DNA of 64,000 nucleotides from NCBI GenBank assembly GCA_026417415.1, contig JAOADG010000024.1:11678-75677 (forward strand), written 5' to 3'. This document shows, in pieces, positions 28,740 through 38,202 of this stretch (position 1 is its first letter; the number at the start of each line of letters is the position of its first letter). The notes under the pieces are model-generated. The model saw only the letters and a list, made by a program, of their open reading frames with translations, had not been told where the DNA came from and searched no databases. Source of the stretch: a bacterium. Its GTDB lineage: Bacteria; Electryoneota; JAOADG01. Both the position numbers and the translations under genes were made by a program.

Positions 28740-29542
28740 TCTTTTTTTGCGATGGCTAATATCCCTCGTCCTTCTTTTAGTGGAACATACAAATCACGTA
28801 ACCACAAAGGAATTCCAAGAGGATAAGCAAGAAGGAACCAAAACGGCAATAGGAAGAAACCAAACCATCCTAAGTTTGCAATATGTAAAGGTACGTATTG
28901 CCACAAACGCCACAACCATTGTCCTGTAATCGGATGGTAAGTAGGGAATAGTTGAACTTTTTGAAAACCTGCTGTGAATAGTTTTTCTTCTAATTCCGGT
29001 GGATAATACCCCGCTCGAACATGTTCTTCTACTTGGTATTTGGGGTTTACAGTAGTTATTCGCGAATCTTCTTTTGCACCGGGAGTGTGTACAACTAAAT
29101 ATCCACCCTTTTTCAAGGCATTATAGAAACGTTTGAATACATCAACATCATCTTCAATATGTTCCATAATATCTACCGCTAAAATACAATCATAAAGTTG
29201 CTTTTCTTCTAAGGTTAACAAATCTTTGGGTACAAACTTCAAATTTTGTAAACCTTTTTTACGTGCATGGAAATTGCCGCTATCTAAAAAATGTTGTTTG
29301 ACATCAGCACCGACAATATGGCTTTTCGGGAATTTTTTGGCTAACCAAAAAGAATACTGACCTAAACCACAGCCTGCATCTAAAAAATTTGATGTTTTAG
29401 GAAGAGAGAGTGATAAAAGATGGCGCTTTACGTGTGCTTCTCGTAAAAATAATTTTCCAATTACAAAGAACAGAGCATCACGTAGAATCGTGCTATCTTT
29501 AGTTAGTAAATAAAGTCGGTCTTTGATTGGATCGTATTCCAT
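28736..29542 (-). CDS. Class I SAM-dependent methyltransferase
   Basis: Motifs LDAGCGLG, DIMEHIEDD, LKKGG and EHVRAGY. Confidence 0.92.
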   Translation of the reverse strand: MEYDPIKDRLYLLTKDSTILRDALFFVIGKLFLREAHVKRHLLSLSLPKTSNFLDAGCGLGQYSFWLAKKFPKSHIVGADVKQHFLDSGNFHARKKGLQNLKFVPKDLLTLEEKQLYDCILAVDIMEHIEDDVDVFKRFYNALKKGGYLVVHTPGAKEDSRITTVNPKYQVEEHVRAGYYPPELEEKLFTAGFQKVQLFPTYHPITGQWLWRLWQYVPLHIANLGWFGFFLLPFWFLLAYPLGIPLWLRDLYVPLKEGRGILAIAKKE

Positions 29543-29663
29543 AGTAGAAAAAAGTTATAGGTTGATTTCAAATCTTGCAAACTTCACATTTGTAATCCCA
29601 CAATTCACATACTACTTTTAATCAAGTATCTAATAATAGTTTGAAGTTAGAAATAACAGAAAT

Positions 29664-31520
29664 ATGTATAAAAAATTAAATTCAACGACGCGTTTAGCAA
29701 TAAAATTGTTGATTGATGCGTTTCTATTTTTATTGGCGATCATTTTAAGTTATTTCCTCCGTTTTAATACTTGGGATGATTCGATCATTTGGTTAAAAAA
29801 AGTCATCCATTTTGTTCCATTATTTATTTTAATTCGTTTATGTTGTTTTTATTTCTTTCGCCTTTATTCCACAATGTGGCGTTATTCTGCTTTACATACC
29901 TTTTTCTCCATAGTTAAAGCAGATGCGCTGGGTACAGTGCTAATTATCTTAACCGACACATTTTACATAGAAACCAATTTACCAAGAGGGATCATCGTTT
30001 TGGACTTTTTCTTGGTCTTGGTGTTTACGGGAGGTATAAGATTATTTGTTCGTTGGTTAAATACTGTTGAAATTTCAAAATCAAAAGAACATAAAGAAAC
30101 TAAACGTGTCCTAATTTACGGCGCAGGTGATGCTGGGGAACAATTGTTAAGAAGCATATTAAGCACGAAAGATGCAGGATTGCATGTGGTTGGTTTTGTG
30201 GACGATGATAAAACAAAATTAGGTCAATACATCCATAGTAAAAAGGTTTTAGGAACACGGTCGGATATTGGAAATATTGTAAAAAATCATAATGTAGATG
30301 CAATTTATTTTTGTGTACCATCCTTATCCGGTGCAGAAACAAGAGGAATTTTATCTTCCATAAAACAACAGATTAATGAAAACATTGAAGTAAAAACCAT
30401 ACCGGGGCTATCCGATATTGTTACCAATGAAATTACCATCAGCCATTTAAGAAAGTTTGAAATCAAAGATTTATTAAGACGGAAGCAAATTCATCTTGAT
30501 ACGACCCCTGTGAGACAAATGATTCAAACTAAAAATGTATTGGTAGTCGGTGGTGGTGGAAGTATAGGATTAGAACTTTGTCGGCAAATTGCATCCTTTC
30601 AACCCAATGTATTAATCGTTTCAGATTCCAGCGAATACAATGTGTATCGAGCAGAATTGGAGTTAAAACAGCAGTATCCAAAAATTGAAATTATTCCGAT
30701 GGTAGCAGATGCTTGTAATGAAACTTTGATGCAGACCATCTTCCGAAAATTCAATCCAGAACTGGTTTTCCACGCTGCTGCCTATAAGCATGTTCCTTTG
30801 ATGGAAATGAACCCTTGGGCTGCCATTTATAACAATGTAAAAAGCACGTTAGTATTAACAGATTTAGCTAACCAATTCGAGGTAAAACGGTTCATTTTAA
30901 TTTCTTCCGATAAAGCAGTAAACCCAACCAGCATTATGGGTGCAACCAAGCGAATGTGTGAAATTATTTGCCTTTTAAAACAAAACGCAGGGAATACAGA
31001 TTTCATTTCGGTGCGATTTGGAAATGTATTAGGAAGTTCTGGAAGTGTGATTCCTTTGTTTAAAGAACAAATTGAAAAAGGCGGTCCTGTTACCGTTACG
31101 CATCCTGATATTACACGGTTCTTTATGCTTATTTCAGAAGCAGTAGAATTGGTTTTACAAGCAGGTGCTATTGGCGAGCGTGGAAAAATTTATGTTCTTG
31201 ATATGGGAGAACCCATTCGGATTGCAGATTTGGCGGAATATATGATCACGTTATCTGGATTAAGACCTAATGTGGACATACAAATTGTTTATACGGGGCT
31301 ACGTCCCGGTGAAAAAATGTACGAAGATTTGTATTTGGGTGGGAATGAAGTTCCAACCAAAATACCCAATGTTTTTGTGATCCATCCATCTTTAAACTTC
31401 CATTTGACCTACCTTGAAGAAGTAGAAAAATTATTGCAAAATCAGTATTCATTAAGCATTGATCAACTCAAGCAAGAAATAAAAAAGTTTGTACCCGAGT
31501 ACCAGCTGAAAACCGCTTAA
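29664..31520 (+). CDS. Membrane-bound nucleoside-diphosphate sugar 4,6-dehydratase (PglF/WbpM/CapD family)
   Basis: Four TM helices, YGAGDAG, GGGGSIG, HAAAYKHVP, SSDKAVNP..MGATK, RFGNVLGS, GLRPGEK. Confidence 0.95.
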   Translation: MYKKLNSTTRLAIKLLIDAFLFLLAIILSYFLRFNTWDDSIIWLKKVIHFVPLFILIRLCCFYFFRLYSTMWRYSALHTFFSIVKADALGTVLIILTDTFYIETNLPRGIIVLDFFLVLVFTGGIRLFVRWLNTVEISKSKEHKETKRVLIYGAGDAGEQLLRSILSTKDAGLHVVGFVDDDKTKLGQYIHSKKVLGTRSDIGNIVKNHNVDAIYFCVPSLSGAETRGILSSIKQQINENIEVKTIPGLSDIVTNEITISHLRKFEIKDLLRRKQIHLDTTPVRQMIQTKNVLVVGGGGSIGLELCRQIASFQPNVLIVSDSSEYNVYRAELELKQQYPKIEIIPMVADACNETLMQTIFRKFNPELVFHAAAYKHVPLMEMNPWAAIYNNVKSTLVLTDLANQFEVKRFILISSDKAVNPTSIMGATKRMCEIICLLKQNAGNTDFISVRFGNVLGSSGSVIPLFKEQIEKGGPVTVTHPDITRFFMLISEAVELVLQAGAIGERGKIYVLDMGEPIRIADLAEYMITLSGLRPNVDIQIVYTGLRPGEKMYEDLYLGGNEVPTKIPNVFVIHPSLNFHLTYLEEVEKLLQNQYSLSIDQLKQEIKKFVPEYQLKTA

Positions 31521-31539
31521 ACTGCTATATTAATCAAAG

Positions 31540-33672
31540 ATGGAAAAAATAACACGCGCATTATTTAAAGAGAAACTTCCGTTCTTTTTACTCTTTGTAT
31601 TAATAGCTTTGTTCGTACTCATCGTGATGTGGATTGGGAACTATGGTATCCAATCGGGTGATGGCGCTGAACTTGGGACTGTAGCAAGGTTTTATGGAAT
31701 CCCTCATCCAACTGGTTATCCACTGTTTATATCCATCGTGCGATTGTTCTTTTTATTTTGCCAAGATGGACAAATGGCAGTAGCCATTTTTTCGCGCTTG
31801 TGTTGGATCGTGGGGTTACTTGTTTTAACACTACCCAATTCAATTCGGACGTTAGATATAACGAAAGTATTCTTTCATCTAAGCATTTTAATTCTTTTGT
31901 ACACTTGGACATCCAAATCAATGAGTGCAGAGACCGCAGAAGTGTATTCATTTCTGTTTTTGTTCCTTGCAATCATTTTAAGAATCTATTCTCAAAATCC
32001 TTTATTAACCTCATACATTACCGGATTAGCCATTTCACATCATTGGTTAGCATTGGGAATCATTCCAATTTGGCTTTCCAGTTTGTATAAAATACAAAAA
32101 GCTAGAACATTCAAATTGACTGTAGTTTACCTAACATTTTTTATTTTGGGTTTATCTACTTGGCTCATTCTATTTATTCGTGCAGACGCTGCGATTCCAG
32201 TGTCTTGGAATGCTGTTGAAGGAATGCAAAATGTGTGGGCTCATATTACAGGAAGATCTTACCTTACCACGATAGGTTGGTCTTTATCCAATCTAAAAAC
32301 TCAATCGTATTGGATACCACAAATATTTTTTCCCTTAGGAATTCTATTTTTTATTCTTTCAGTTGTCTATGGGTATTGGACTTATCGTAAGTATAAACAT
32401 CAGAACGATGATCATCAACGAACTATAACCGTAATCGTTGAAGGGGGTTCATTGTTTGTCTTTTTGTTGCTAACATTGGGCTATCCAATACCGGATAAAC
32501 AGGGATATTTTCTTGCTACTGCAGCATTCTTTGGATATTGGAGCCATCAAGCCGTTGAACTAATATCCGATAGATTGGAGCAAAAAAGATCGTTCCTTTT
32601 GATTTCGATGATAGTACTTATTGTCTCAATTGTGTATTCATCAAGAGTGATACAAAACCAAGTAATGGATGCAAAGTTGAGCAATGATTTAAGAAACCAA
32701 TATACCCAATCATTTTTGAATGCATTACCCAATGGAACGATTGTATTTGCAGGTGGGGATCATACCTCTTTCCCTTTGATAGCCGCTGAACTATCAAAAG
32801 GTGAAGGGAAGCCAATTACCATTCTTTCAGCAAAACTGAGAAAAAAAGAGTTAAACCGACTTCTTGAAAAGTACAACGGCGGAAGAGTTGATGTACCAGA
32901 TGTACGTCTCCAATTGGGATTGGTATATCCCAGACCAGTGGTAATCGTTATTGATCCATTTTCAAGTCAACACGATGCAGTGCACCTTGCGTTTCGTGTA
33001 GCACAGTTAAGGTTGAATCACCCAGACACATTGAGAAATATTGAACTGGTTCCAAGAGGAAGTGTCTATCAATTAAGACGGAACAACGAACCTCTCATTC
33101 CTGAAGTTCAAATACCAAAATGGCAAAAGGAGATTCCAAATGATCCACTTTGGTCCATTGTTGAATGGTTAAACACACAAAAAACGGGTAAAATCAATGA
33201 AACAGCCCAAAAAATTGTATCTAAGTTAATTGAACAAAAACGGTGGGATTTAGTTGCTGAATTTGGAATTCATTTACGTTCTTTACAATTTTGGGAACTG
33301 GCTGAATGGTGCTATCGTCTTGCTTTGCAACATTTTCCTACTGGAAGTAAAGAGCAAGAGAAATTATTAAAAGCCATCGCGAATATCTATCGCGATCGTG
33401 CGAATTTAGCAATGGCAAAGAACAATGAAACATTGGCACTAACTTTGTTTGAAAAATCGTTACAATTGGATCCGTATCATCCTCAAACTTTGAAAACGGT
33501 GGGTTTGTTATACATCGGTAGAAATGATTATGAAAATGGGATTATCAAGTTGCGTAAGTACCTTGAACTTCAAGAAGATCCGATGATCCGAAGCTTGTTG
33601 GATGAAGGGGGTAAAATTCGTGTGAAATTACCAAGCAAAGAAAATCAATTGAGTCAACCCAATGTTCATTGA
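31540..33672 (+). CDS. DUF2723/TMEM260-like membrane protein with C-terminal TPR repeats (putative protein O-glycosyltransferase)
   Basis: Motifs GDGAEL, GIPHPTGYPL, AEVY, SHH and GDHTSFPL; multiple TM helices; TPR-like C-terminus. Confidence 0.8.
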   Translation: MEKITRALFKEKLPFFLLFVLIALFVLIVMWIGNYGIQSGDGAELGTVARFYGIPHPTGYPLFISIVRLFFLFCQDGQMAVAIFSRLCWIVGLLVLTLPNSIRTLDITKVFFHLSILILLYTWTSKSMSAETAEVYSFLFLFLAIILRIYSQNPLLTSYITGLAISHHWLALGIIPIWLSSLYKIQKARTFKLTVVYLTFFILGLSTWLILFIRADAAIPVSWNAVEGMQNVWAHITGRSYLTTIGWSLSNLKTQSYWIPQIFFPLGILFFILSVVYGYWTYRKYKHQNDDHQRTITVIVEGGSLFVFLLLTLGYPIPDKQGYFLATAAFFGYWSHQAVELISDRLEQKRSFLLISMIVLIVSIVYSSRVIQNQVMDAKLSNDLRNQYTQSFLNALPNGTIVFAGGDHTSFPLIAAELSKGEGKPITILSAKLRKKELNRLLEKYNGGRVDVPDVRLQLGLVYPRPVVIVIDPFSSQHDAVHLAFRVAQLRLNHPDTLRNIELVPRGSVYQLRRNNEPLIPEVQIPKWQKEIPNDPLWSIVEWLNTQKTGKINETAQKIVSKLIEQKRWDLVAEFGIHLRSLQFWELAEWCYRLALQHFPTGSKEQEKLLKAIANIYRDRANLAMAKNNETLALTLFEKSLQLDPYHPQTLKTVGLLYIGRNDYENGIIKLRKYLELQEDPMIRSLLDEGGKIRVKLPSKENQLSQPNVH

Positions 33673-34684
33673 TTATGCTACTTTGACCATCAAAGCTGGA
33701 CGTGGTGGAGATGGATGTGTAAGTTTTAGAAGAGAAAAATTTGTACCCAAAGGTGGTCCAGATGGTGGTGATGGCGGCAAAGGGGGAGATGTCATTTTTG
33801 TTGTTGATCCCAATCGTACAACTCTTTTAGATTTTCGCTATGTCCATCATTTTGAAGCAGAAAACGGGATGCATGGAAGTGGAAATAAAATGACGGGAAG
33901 AAATGGAAAAGATTGTATCATTCCCGTTCCCCAAGGTACATTGGTGAAAGATAAAGAAACAGGTGAAATTTTAGCCGATCTAACAAGTATTGGACAAAAA
34001 TGGATTGCTGCAAAAGGCGGAAAAGGGGGAAAAGGAAATAGTAATTTTGCAACCTCTGTAAATCGTGCACCAAGAAAAGCAACCCCCGGAAAAGAAGGTG
34101 AAGAAAAGTCGCTTATTTTAGAACTTAAACTTATTGCAGATGTAGGATTGGTGGGAAAACCAAATGCAGGAAAGTCCACGTTATTGGCTACAGTTACTGC
34201 AGCAAGACCCAAGATTGCAGATTATCCTTTTACTACACTCGAACCAAACTTGGGAATTGTTCCACTCCCAGAATTTCGCTCGTTTGTCATGGCAGATATT
34301 CCCGGTTTAATTGAGGGTGCGAGCCAAGGAAAAGGATTAGGGTATCGGTTTTTAAGACACATTGAACGTACCAGATTGCTGCTCATTTTAATTCCAATGG
34401 ATAGCGAAAACCCAAAAGAAGAATTGATGATGTTACTCAATGAGTTAAATCATTATTCAGAGGAATTGGTAAAGAAACCTAGATTGGTGGTCCGTTCAAA
34501 AAGTGATTTAATCTCGCAAAGTTCAATAGAATTAGAAGAAGCGATTTTATCTTTTTCAGCAGTTACACATCACAACATCAAAGAGTTAATTTATCGTATT
34601 GACCAAGAACTAAAAACCATTCCCCAAACACGGTTTCCAATCACTACCTTTGAAAATGAATCGGGTCAAGAGTTGTATGGATGA
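33662..34684 (+). CDS. obgE: GTPase ObgE/CgtA
   Basis: MFID...GGPDGGDGG, GKPNAGKST, YPFTT, DIPGL, FLRHIERT. Confidence 0.98.
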   Translation: MFIDYATLTIKAGRGGDGCVSFRREKFVPKGGPDGGDGGKGGDVIFVVDPNRTTLLDFRYVHHFEAENGMHGSGNKMTGRNGKDCIIPVPQGTLVKDKETGEILADLTSIGQKWIAAKGGKGGKGNSNFATSVNRAPRKATPGKEGEEKSLILELKLIADVGLVGKPNAGKSTLLATVTAARPKIADYPFTTLEPNLGIVPLPEFRSFVMADIPGLIEGASQGKGLGYRFLRHIERTRLLLILIPMDSENPKEELMMLLNELNHYSEELVKKPRLVVRSKSDLISQSSIELEEAILSFSAVTHHNIKELIYRIDQELKTIPQTRFPITTFENESGQELYG

Positions 34685-35774
34685 AAATCATTTCTATCTT
34701 ATCGCATTGTTAAGTGCGGATGGAATTGGTCCAAAGAGAGCTAAAACGCTAATTGATTTTTTTGGAACGCCTCAGAAGGCATTGCAAGGTACATCAAAGG
34801 ATTGGCTTCAAGTTACAGATATCGGAGAAAACATAGCCAAAGCGTTGTATCAAAAAGAAAAATTATTTCAAGAAGCAGAAAAGATTTTACAGTTTTGTGT
34901 GAAAAACAATATTCACATTTTAACTTTAGAGGATGCAGATTATCCAAATTTATTGAAAGAAATCCATGATCCTCCTCTTTTACTTTATCAAAAGGGCACA
35001 TTGAAGCCGGTTTGGGAAAAATCCATTTCTATTGTGGGAACACGATTGGCTACAGAATACGGTAAAAAAGTAGCCAATCAATTTGCAAAAGAGTTATCCT
35101 GTAATGGATGGACAGTTGTAAGTGGATTAGCAATTGGGATTGATGGAGCTGCTCATAAAGGTGCTTTAGCAGGAGGTGTCGGGTCAACAGTTGGAGTATT
35201 GGGTTGTGGAATCAACGTTTACTACCCTCCTCAACACAAGAACCTGACAGAAGCAATTGTTGAACAAGGATTATTGCTGTCGGAATACCCTCCTAACGTA
35301 CAACCTGATGCTAGATATTTTCCACAAAGAAATCGTATCATAAGTGGTTTAACCAAAGGGACGGTGGTGATAGAAGCAGGCGATCATTCTGGAGCATTAA
35401 TTACGAGCGAATTGGCTATTGAACAAAATCGCGATGTGTTTGCTGTACCCGGAATGATTACTTCACCTTATTCCAAAGGCACCAATCAATTAATTCAAAA
35501 GGGTGCAAAGTTAGTGACTTCGGTCAATGACATTCTCAATGAATATGAACCTTACAATCATTTACCAAAAGCAGATCCGAATCAATTAGAGAATTTATCT
35601 ACCGAAGAGAAAAAACTGTTTGAAGAATTGGCATATGGACCTTTTAGTGCAGATATTTTAGCTGAAAAGTTAAATTGGGACATCGGAAACGTGCTTAGTG
35701 TCCTAACTACTTTACAGTTAAAAGGCCTATTGGTGAATATGGCAGGTGAATACCATAGAACGGTGAGGGATTAA
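34677..35774 (+). CDS. dprA: DNA-processing protein DprA
   Basis: Motifs IVGTR, VSGLAIGIDGAAH, FPQRNRIISGL, SGALIT and VFAVPG; ATG at 34677 overlaps the end of obgE. Confidence 0.96.
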   Translation: MDENHFYLIALLSADGIGPKRAKTLIDFFGTPQKALQGTSKDWLQVTDIGENIAKALYQKEKLFQEAEKILQFCVKNNIHILTLEDADYPNLLKEIHDPPLLLYQKGTLKPVWEKSISIVGTRLATEYGKKVANQFAKELSCNGWTVVSGLAIGIDGAAHKGALAGGVGSTVGVLGCGINVYYPPQHKNLTEAIVEQGLLLSEYPPNVQPDARYFPQRNRIISGLTKGTVVIEAGDHSGALITSELAIEQNRDVFAVPGMITSPYSKGTNQLIQKGAKLVTSVNDILNEYEPYNHLPKADPNQLENLSTEEKKLFEELAYGPFSADILAEKLNWDIGNVLSVLTTLQLKGLLVNMAGEYHRTVRD

Positions 35775-35775
35775 A

Positions 35776-37407
35776 ATGAAAACTCATAATCAAAATCAAA
35801 ATGTAAATGTAAAAAAGCTTGTGTGGTTTGGCTGTATCGCAATTGCGGTTTTACTGGCATTTTTTACAGGATACAAACTCGCTCATAGTCAAGTATCACA
35901 AGGAGAATCCTTAACCTTTCATTTGCAAAAATTTTCTGAAGTAATTGCTAACATTAGAAATTCTTACGTAGAAGTGCCGGATATGGCGGATGTAATTGAG
36001 GGCGCGATTGTAGGAGCTTTGGAACAGCTGGATCCTCATTCGGTGTATATCCCTCCAGAAGAGGAAGAAAGGATAGAAGAACAATTTTCTGGTTCGTTTG
36101 AAGGAATCGGTATCCAATTTATTATTTATGAAAAAGTGATCACTGTTGTTTCACCTATTCCCGGAACGCCAGCAGAAAGAATGGGATTAAGAACAGGCGA
36201 TAAAATCACTCACATTGATGACAAAAGTGCTTATGGGATTAAAGAAGAAGAGGTATTTAAACGAATTAGAGGACCAAAAGGGACAAAGGTAAAATTAACA
36301 GTACGAAGGGCAGGCATAGATGAACCTTTAATTTTTATCATAACCAGAGATAGAATTCCTATCTATTCTATTGAAACAGCATTAATGGTAGATAATCAAA
36401 CTGGGTACATCTTACTTAATCAGTTCACTTCTACCACCAGCGATGAATTAGAGGCAGCAATCGACTCATTACAAAAAGTTGGAATGAAACGTTTAATTTT
36501 TGATTTAAGAAACAACAGCGGTGGACTATTGACTCAAGCAGTTTTAGTTGCATCCAAGTTTATTCCCAGCGGAAAATTAATTGTTTACACAAAAGGCAGA
36601 ATTCCCAATTCAAACTTGGAATACCGAAGTTTATCAAGCGGCAAACATAGAAATTTCCCTTTGATTATTCTGGTAAATAACGGTTCTGCTTCTGCTTCTG
36701 AAATCGTGGCAGGTGCAATTCAAGATTTGGATCGGGGATTAGTCATTGGGACCACAACCTTTGGAAAAGGGTTGGTTCAATCTCAAATTCCATTAAAAGA
36801 CGGATCGGTTTTACGATTAACTACTGCGCGTTACTATACTCCTTCAGGTCGCTTAATACAAAGACCCTACAAATTAGGAGACCGAAGTGGGTATATTGAT
36901 GATATCCTAATGGATGAAACTCAGGATACAACTGAGGTAGATACTGTAAAAAGAGAAAAATTCAAAACTTCAGCAGGTAGAATCGTGTACGGAGGTGGTG
37001 GAATTACACCAGATGTGAAGATTCAACCCACAAAATTATCGCTATCTTCTGCAAGGTTGAGAAATTCTAGAGTGATGATTGACCTTGCGCAACAGAAGGC
37101 GCCAGAATTGATTAAAAAATATGGTTCAAATTTTGAACAGTTTCAAAAGGAAGTTACAATCACAGATGAGATGTTATTGGAATTGGTAAAAGAAGCAAGA
37201 AGAATTGATCCAAAAATTGAGATTAAAGAAGAAGATGTATTAAAAGATCGAGAGTTCTTAGCATTGACCTATAAAGGCGAGTTGGCACAAGCAGTTTTCA
37301 ATTCTCGACAATCAAGATATCAAGTGGTAGTCCCTGAAGATGAATTGGTTAAGCAAGCACTTCAATTGTTTCCAAAAGCAGAAGAGATTGCTTCACTGCC
37401 GCGCTAA
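35776..37407 (+). CDS. S41 family carboxyl-terminal processing protease
   Basis: LDPHS, a PDZ domain, DLRNNSGG, SASASEIVAG, TFGKGLVQ, YYTPSGR. Confidence 0.95.
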   Translation: MKTHNQNQNVNVKKLVWFGCIAIAVLLAFFTGYKLAHSQVSQGESLTFHLQKFSEVIANIRNSYVEVPDMADVIEGAIVGALEQLDPHSVYIPPEEEERIEEQFSGSFEGIGIQFIIYEKVITVVSPIPGTPAERMGLRTGDKITHIDDKSAYGIKEEEVFKRIRGPKGTKVKLTVRRAGIDEPLIFIITRDRIPIYSIETALMVDNQTGYILLNQFTSTTSDELEAAIDSLQKVGMKRLIFDLRNNSGGLLTQAVLVASKFIPSGKLIVYTKGRIPNSNLEYRSLSSGKHRNFPLIILVNNGSASASEIVAGAIQDLDRGLVIGTTTFGKGLVQSQIPLKDGSVLRLTTARYYTPSGRLIQRPYKLGDRSGYIDDILMDETQDTTEVDTVKREKFKTSAGRIVYGGGGITPDVKIQPTKLSLSSARLRNSRVMIDLAQQKAPELIKKYGSNFEQFQKEVTITDEMLLELVKEARRIDPKIEIKEEDVLKDREFLALTYKGELAQAVFNSRQSRYQVVVPEDELVKQALQLFPKAEEIASLPR

Positions 37408-37443
37408 CTACATTATCAATTGAATTATTGATAATTAGACACA

Positions 37444-38202
37444 ATGTACAAACAAAGCGGCTGGATATTCTTTTGTTTGCTTGTACTCATAGTAGTTACA
37501 AATGCGGCCGAGTATAGTAAAAAACAGAAACATCAACAGATTGTCGATTCGCTAAAAAAAAGAGAAGCGAAACTTCCAACAAAACCCGATCCAGTTTCTT
37601 ATTTGGATGATGCTACTGCAGGCACCTTCAAACCTAACACACCACCGAAGGGATTAGATCAACCGTTGGATGAACATAAAACTTTAGTGTTGGGTTACAG
37701 AATTTTAGTGTATCAGACCAACGATGAAACAGATGCCAAAAAGTGGTTCAACAAGTTTATACATATGTATCAGACAAAAGTTTCTTTACGCTTTGAAAAT
37801 GACTCTTATTCCATTTTACTTGGGAATTTTCAAGATTCTATCCAAGCCCAACAATTTCTAAAACAAAATAAAGAAATCCATTCTTACCATCCAAAAATCA
37901 TTCCATCACGCATTCTTAAAAATGAAAGTACCCGTAAACAGAATCCTATACCTATCGGTGAAAAAATACGTTGGACGATTCAAGTAGCCGTTTTATCCGA
38001 TTACCAGAAAGCACAAGAGTTTAGAAACCAATTAGACAATCAACTTCCCTTTCCGGTATTTATAAAAACTCAAAGTGCACACAAATGGACAATCCACGTG
38101 GGAGAGTTTTCAAATTTACAAGAAGCAGAGAATGCCACACAGAAATTAAAAAACTTAGGTTACCAACAACTCTGGATCAAACAATCAAAGGAAGAATTAT
38201 GA
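37444..38202 (+). CDS. SPOR domain-containing periplasmic protein (two SPOR-like repeats)
   Basis: Signal peptide; GYRILV...LGNF and WTIQVA...HVGEF...A...LKNLGY. Confidence 0.8.
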   Translation: MYKQSGWIFFCLLVLIVVTNAAEYSKKQKHQQIVDSLKKREAKLPTKPDPVSYLDDATAGTFKPNTPPKGLDQPLDEHKTLVLGYRILVYQTNDETDAKKWFNKFIHMYQTKVSLRFENDSYSILLGNFQDSIQAQQFLKQNKEIHSYHPKIIPSRILKNESTRKQNPIPIGEKIRWTIQVAVLSDYQKAQEFRNQLDNQLPFPVFIKTQSAHKWTIHVGEFSNLQEAENATQKLKNLGYQQLWIKQSKEEL

